DNA from: Bacteroidales bacterium
GTDB taxonomy: Bacteria; Bacteroidota; Bacteroidia; Bacteroidales; JAADGE01
Direction of reading: 5' to 3'
Assembly (NCBI GenBank): GCA_029932445.1
Contig: JAOZQB010000002.1
Coordinates: forward strand, 1 to 33,351
Length of the DNA stretch: 33,351 nt
Positions 33,294 through 33,351 of this stretch are shown here, one piece after another. The notes below the pieces were generated by a model. The model was not told where the DNA came from. It did not search any database and was given only the letters and a program-made list of their open reading frames with translations. The translations under genes and the position numbers were made by a program. Each line of letters starts with the position of its first letter. The first letter of the stretch is position 1.

Positions 33294-33351
33294 ATAGAGC
33301 TTGTCTGTAAAGTATGGCTTTTATAAATTTAGAGATATTTTTATGTAATTT

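Noticed and set aside
33314-33351. Possible start of a further gene (ATG 33314, MAFINLEIFLCN...) running off the window.
   Set aside because: Only 12 codons are visible, which is not enough to support a feature.
1-33351. Search for CRISPR arrays, tRNA/rRNA genes, IS elements, integrases, restriction-modification or other defence modules, and biosynthetic clusters.
   Set aside because: I saw no regularly spaced direct repeats, no long conserved RNA gene signatures, and no transposase, recombinase or nuclease-type translations in any listed ORF. The window reads as a core-genome region. The only repeat families are the short palindromic motifs reported above.

Overview
AT-rich chromosomal segment of Bacteroidota type, almost entirely housekeeping. 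The lineage call rests on repeated exact TAnnTTTG -7 promoter boxes, a dcw cluster without murF, a Bacteroides-type ECF sigma/FecR pair, CarboxypepD_reg proteins and divergent tsaD/tamB. All product calls come from motif recognition in the translations; no database search was possible. Layout: (1) 1-11.9 kb, minus strand: dcw cluster mraZ-rsmH-ftsL-ftsI-murE-mraY-murD-ftsW-murG-murC, with murC cut by the window edge. Four phased GTG repeats upstream of mraZ look like a MraZ operator. (2) 12.0-14.4 kb, plus strand: an O-acyltransferase and N-acyltransferase pair (split OlsF / GlsA-GlsB type aminolipid synthesis) followed by a small beta-barrel OMP. (3) 14.4-18.4 kb: small membrane protein, transglutaminase-like protein, nucleoside phosphorylase, an orphan SiaC/DUF1987-like protein, tsaD. 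(4) 18.5-25.9 kb: tamB, thiolase, a hypothetical protein, manA. (5) 26.0-30.1 kb: a 1120-aa TM-HAMP-GAF-3xPAS sensor with no recognisable output domain, overlapping by 11 nt a secreted hypothetical protein. (6) 30.1-33.3 kb: a ~190-nt near-perfect hairpin, a CarboxypepD_reg protein, an ECF sigma and a FecR anti-sigma. I found no CRISPR array, tRNA/rRNA gene, transposase, integrase or recognisable defence gene, and no convincing multi-gene novel system. The features least explained by ordinary annotation are: (a) the long hairpin at 30212-30403, which wholly contains an unlisted 54-codon ORF for a small hydrophobic-tailed peptide; (b) an 18-nt stop-codon-abutting motif present as inverted pairs at two convergent gene junctions (REP/MITE-like); (c) the output-less sensor; (d) the orphan SiaC-like gene; (e) structured GC-rich spacers inside the dcw operon.
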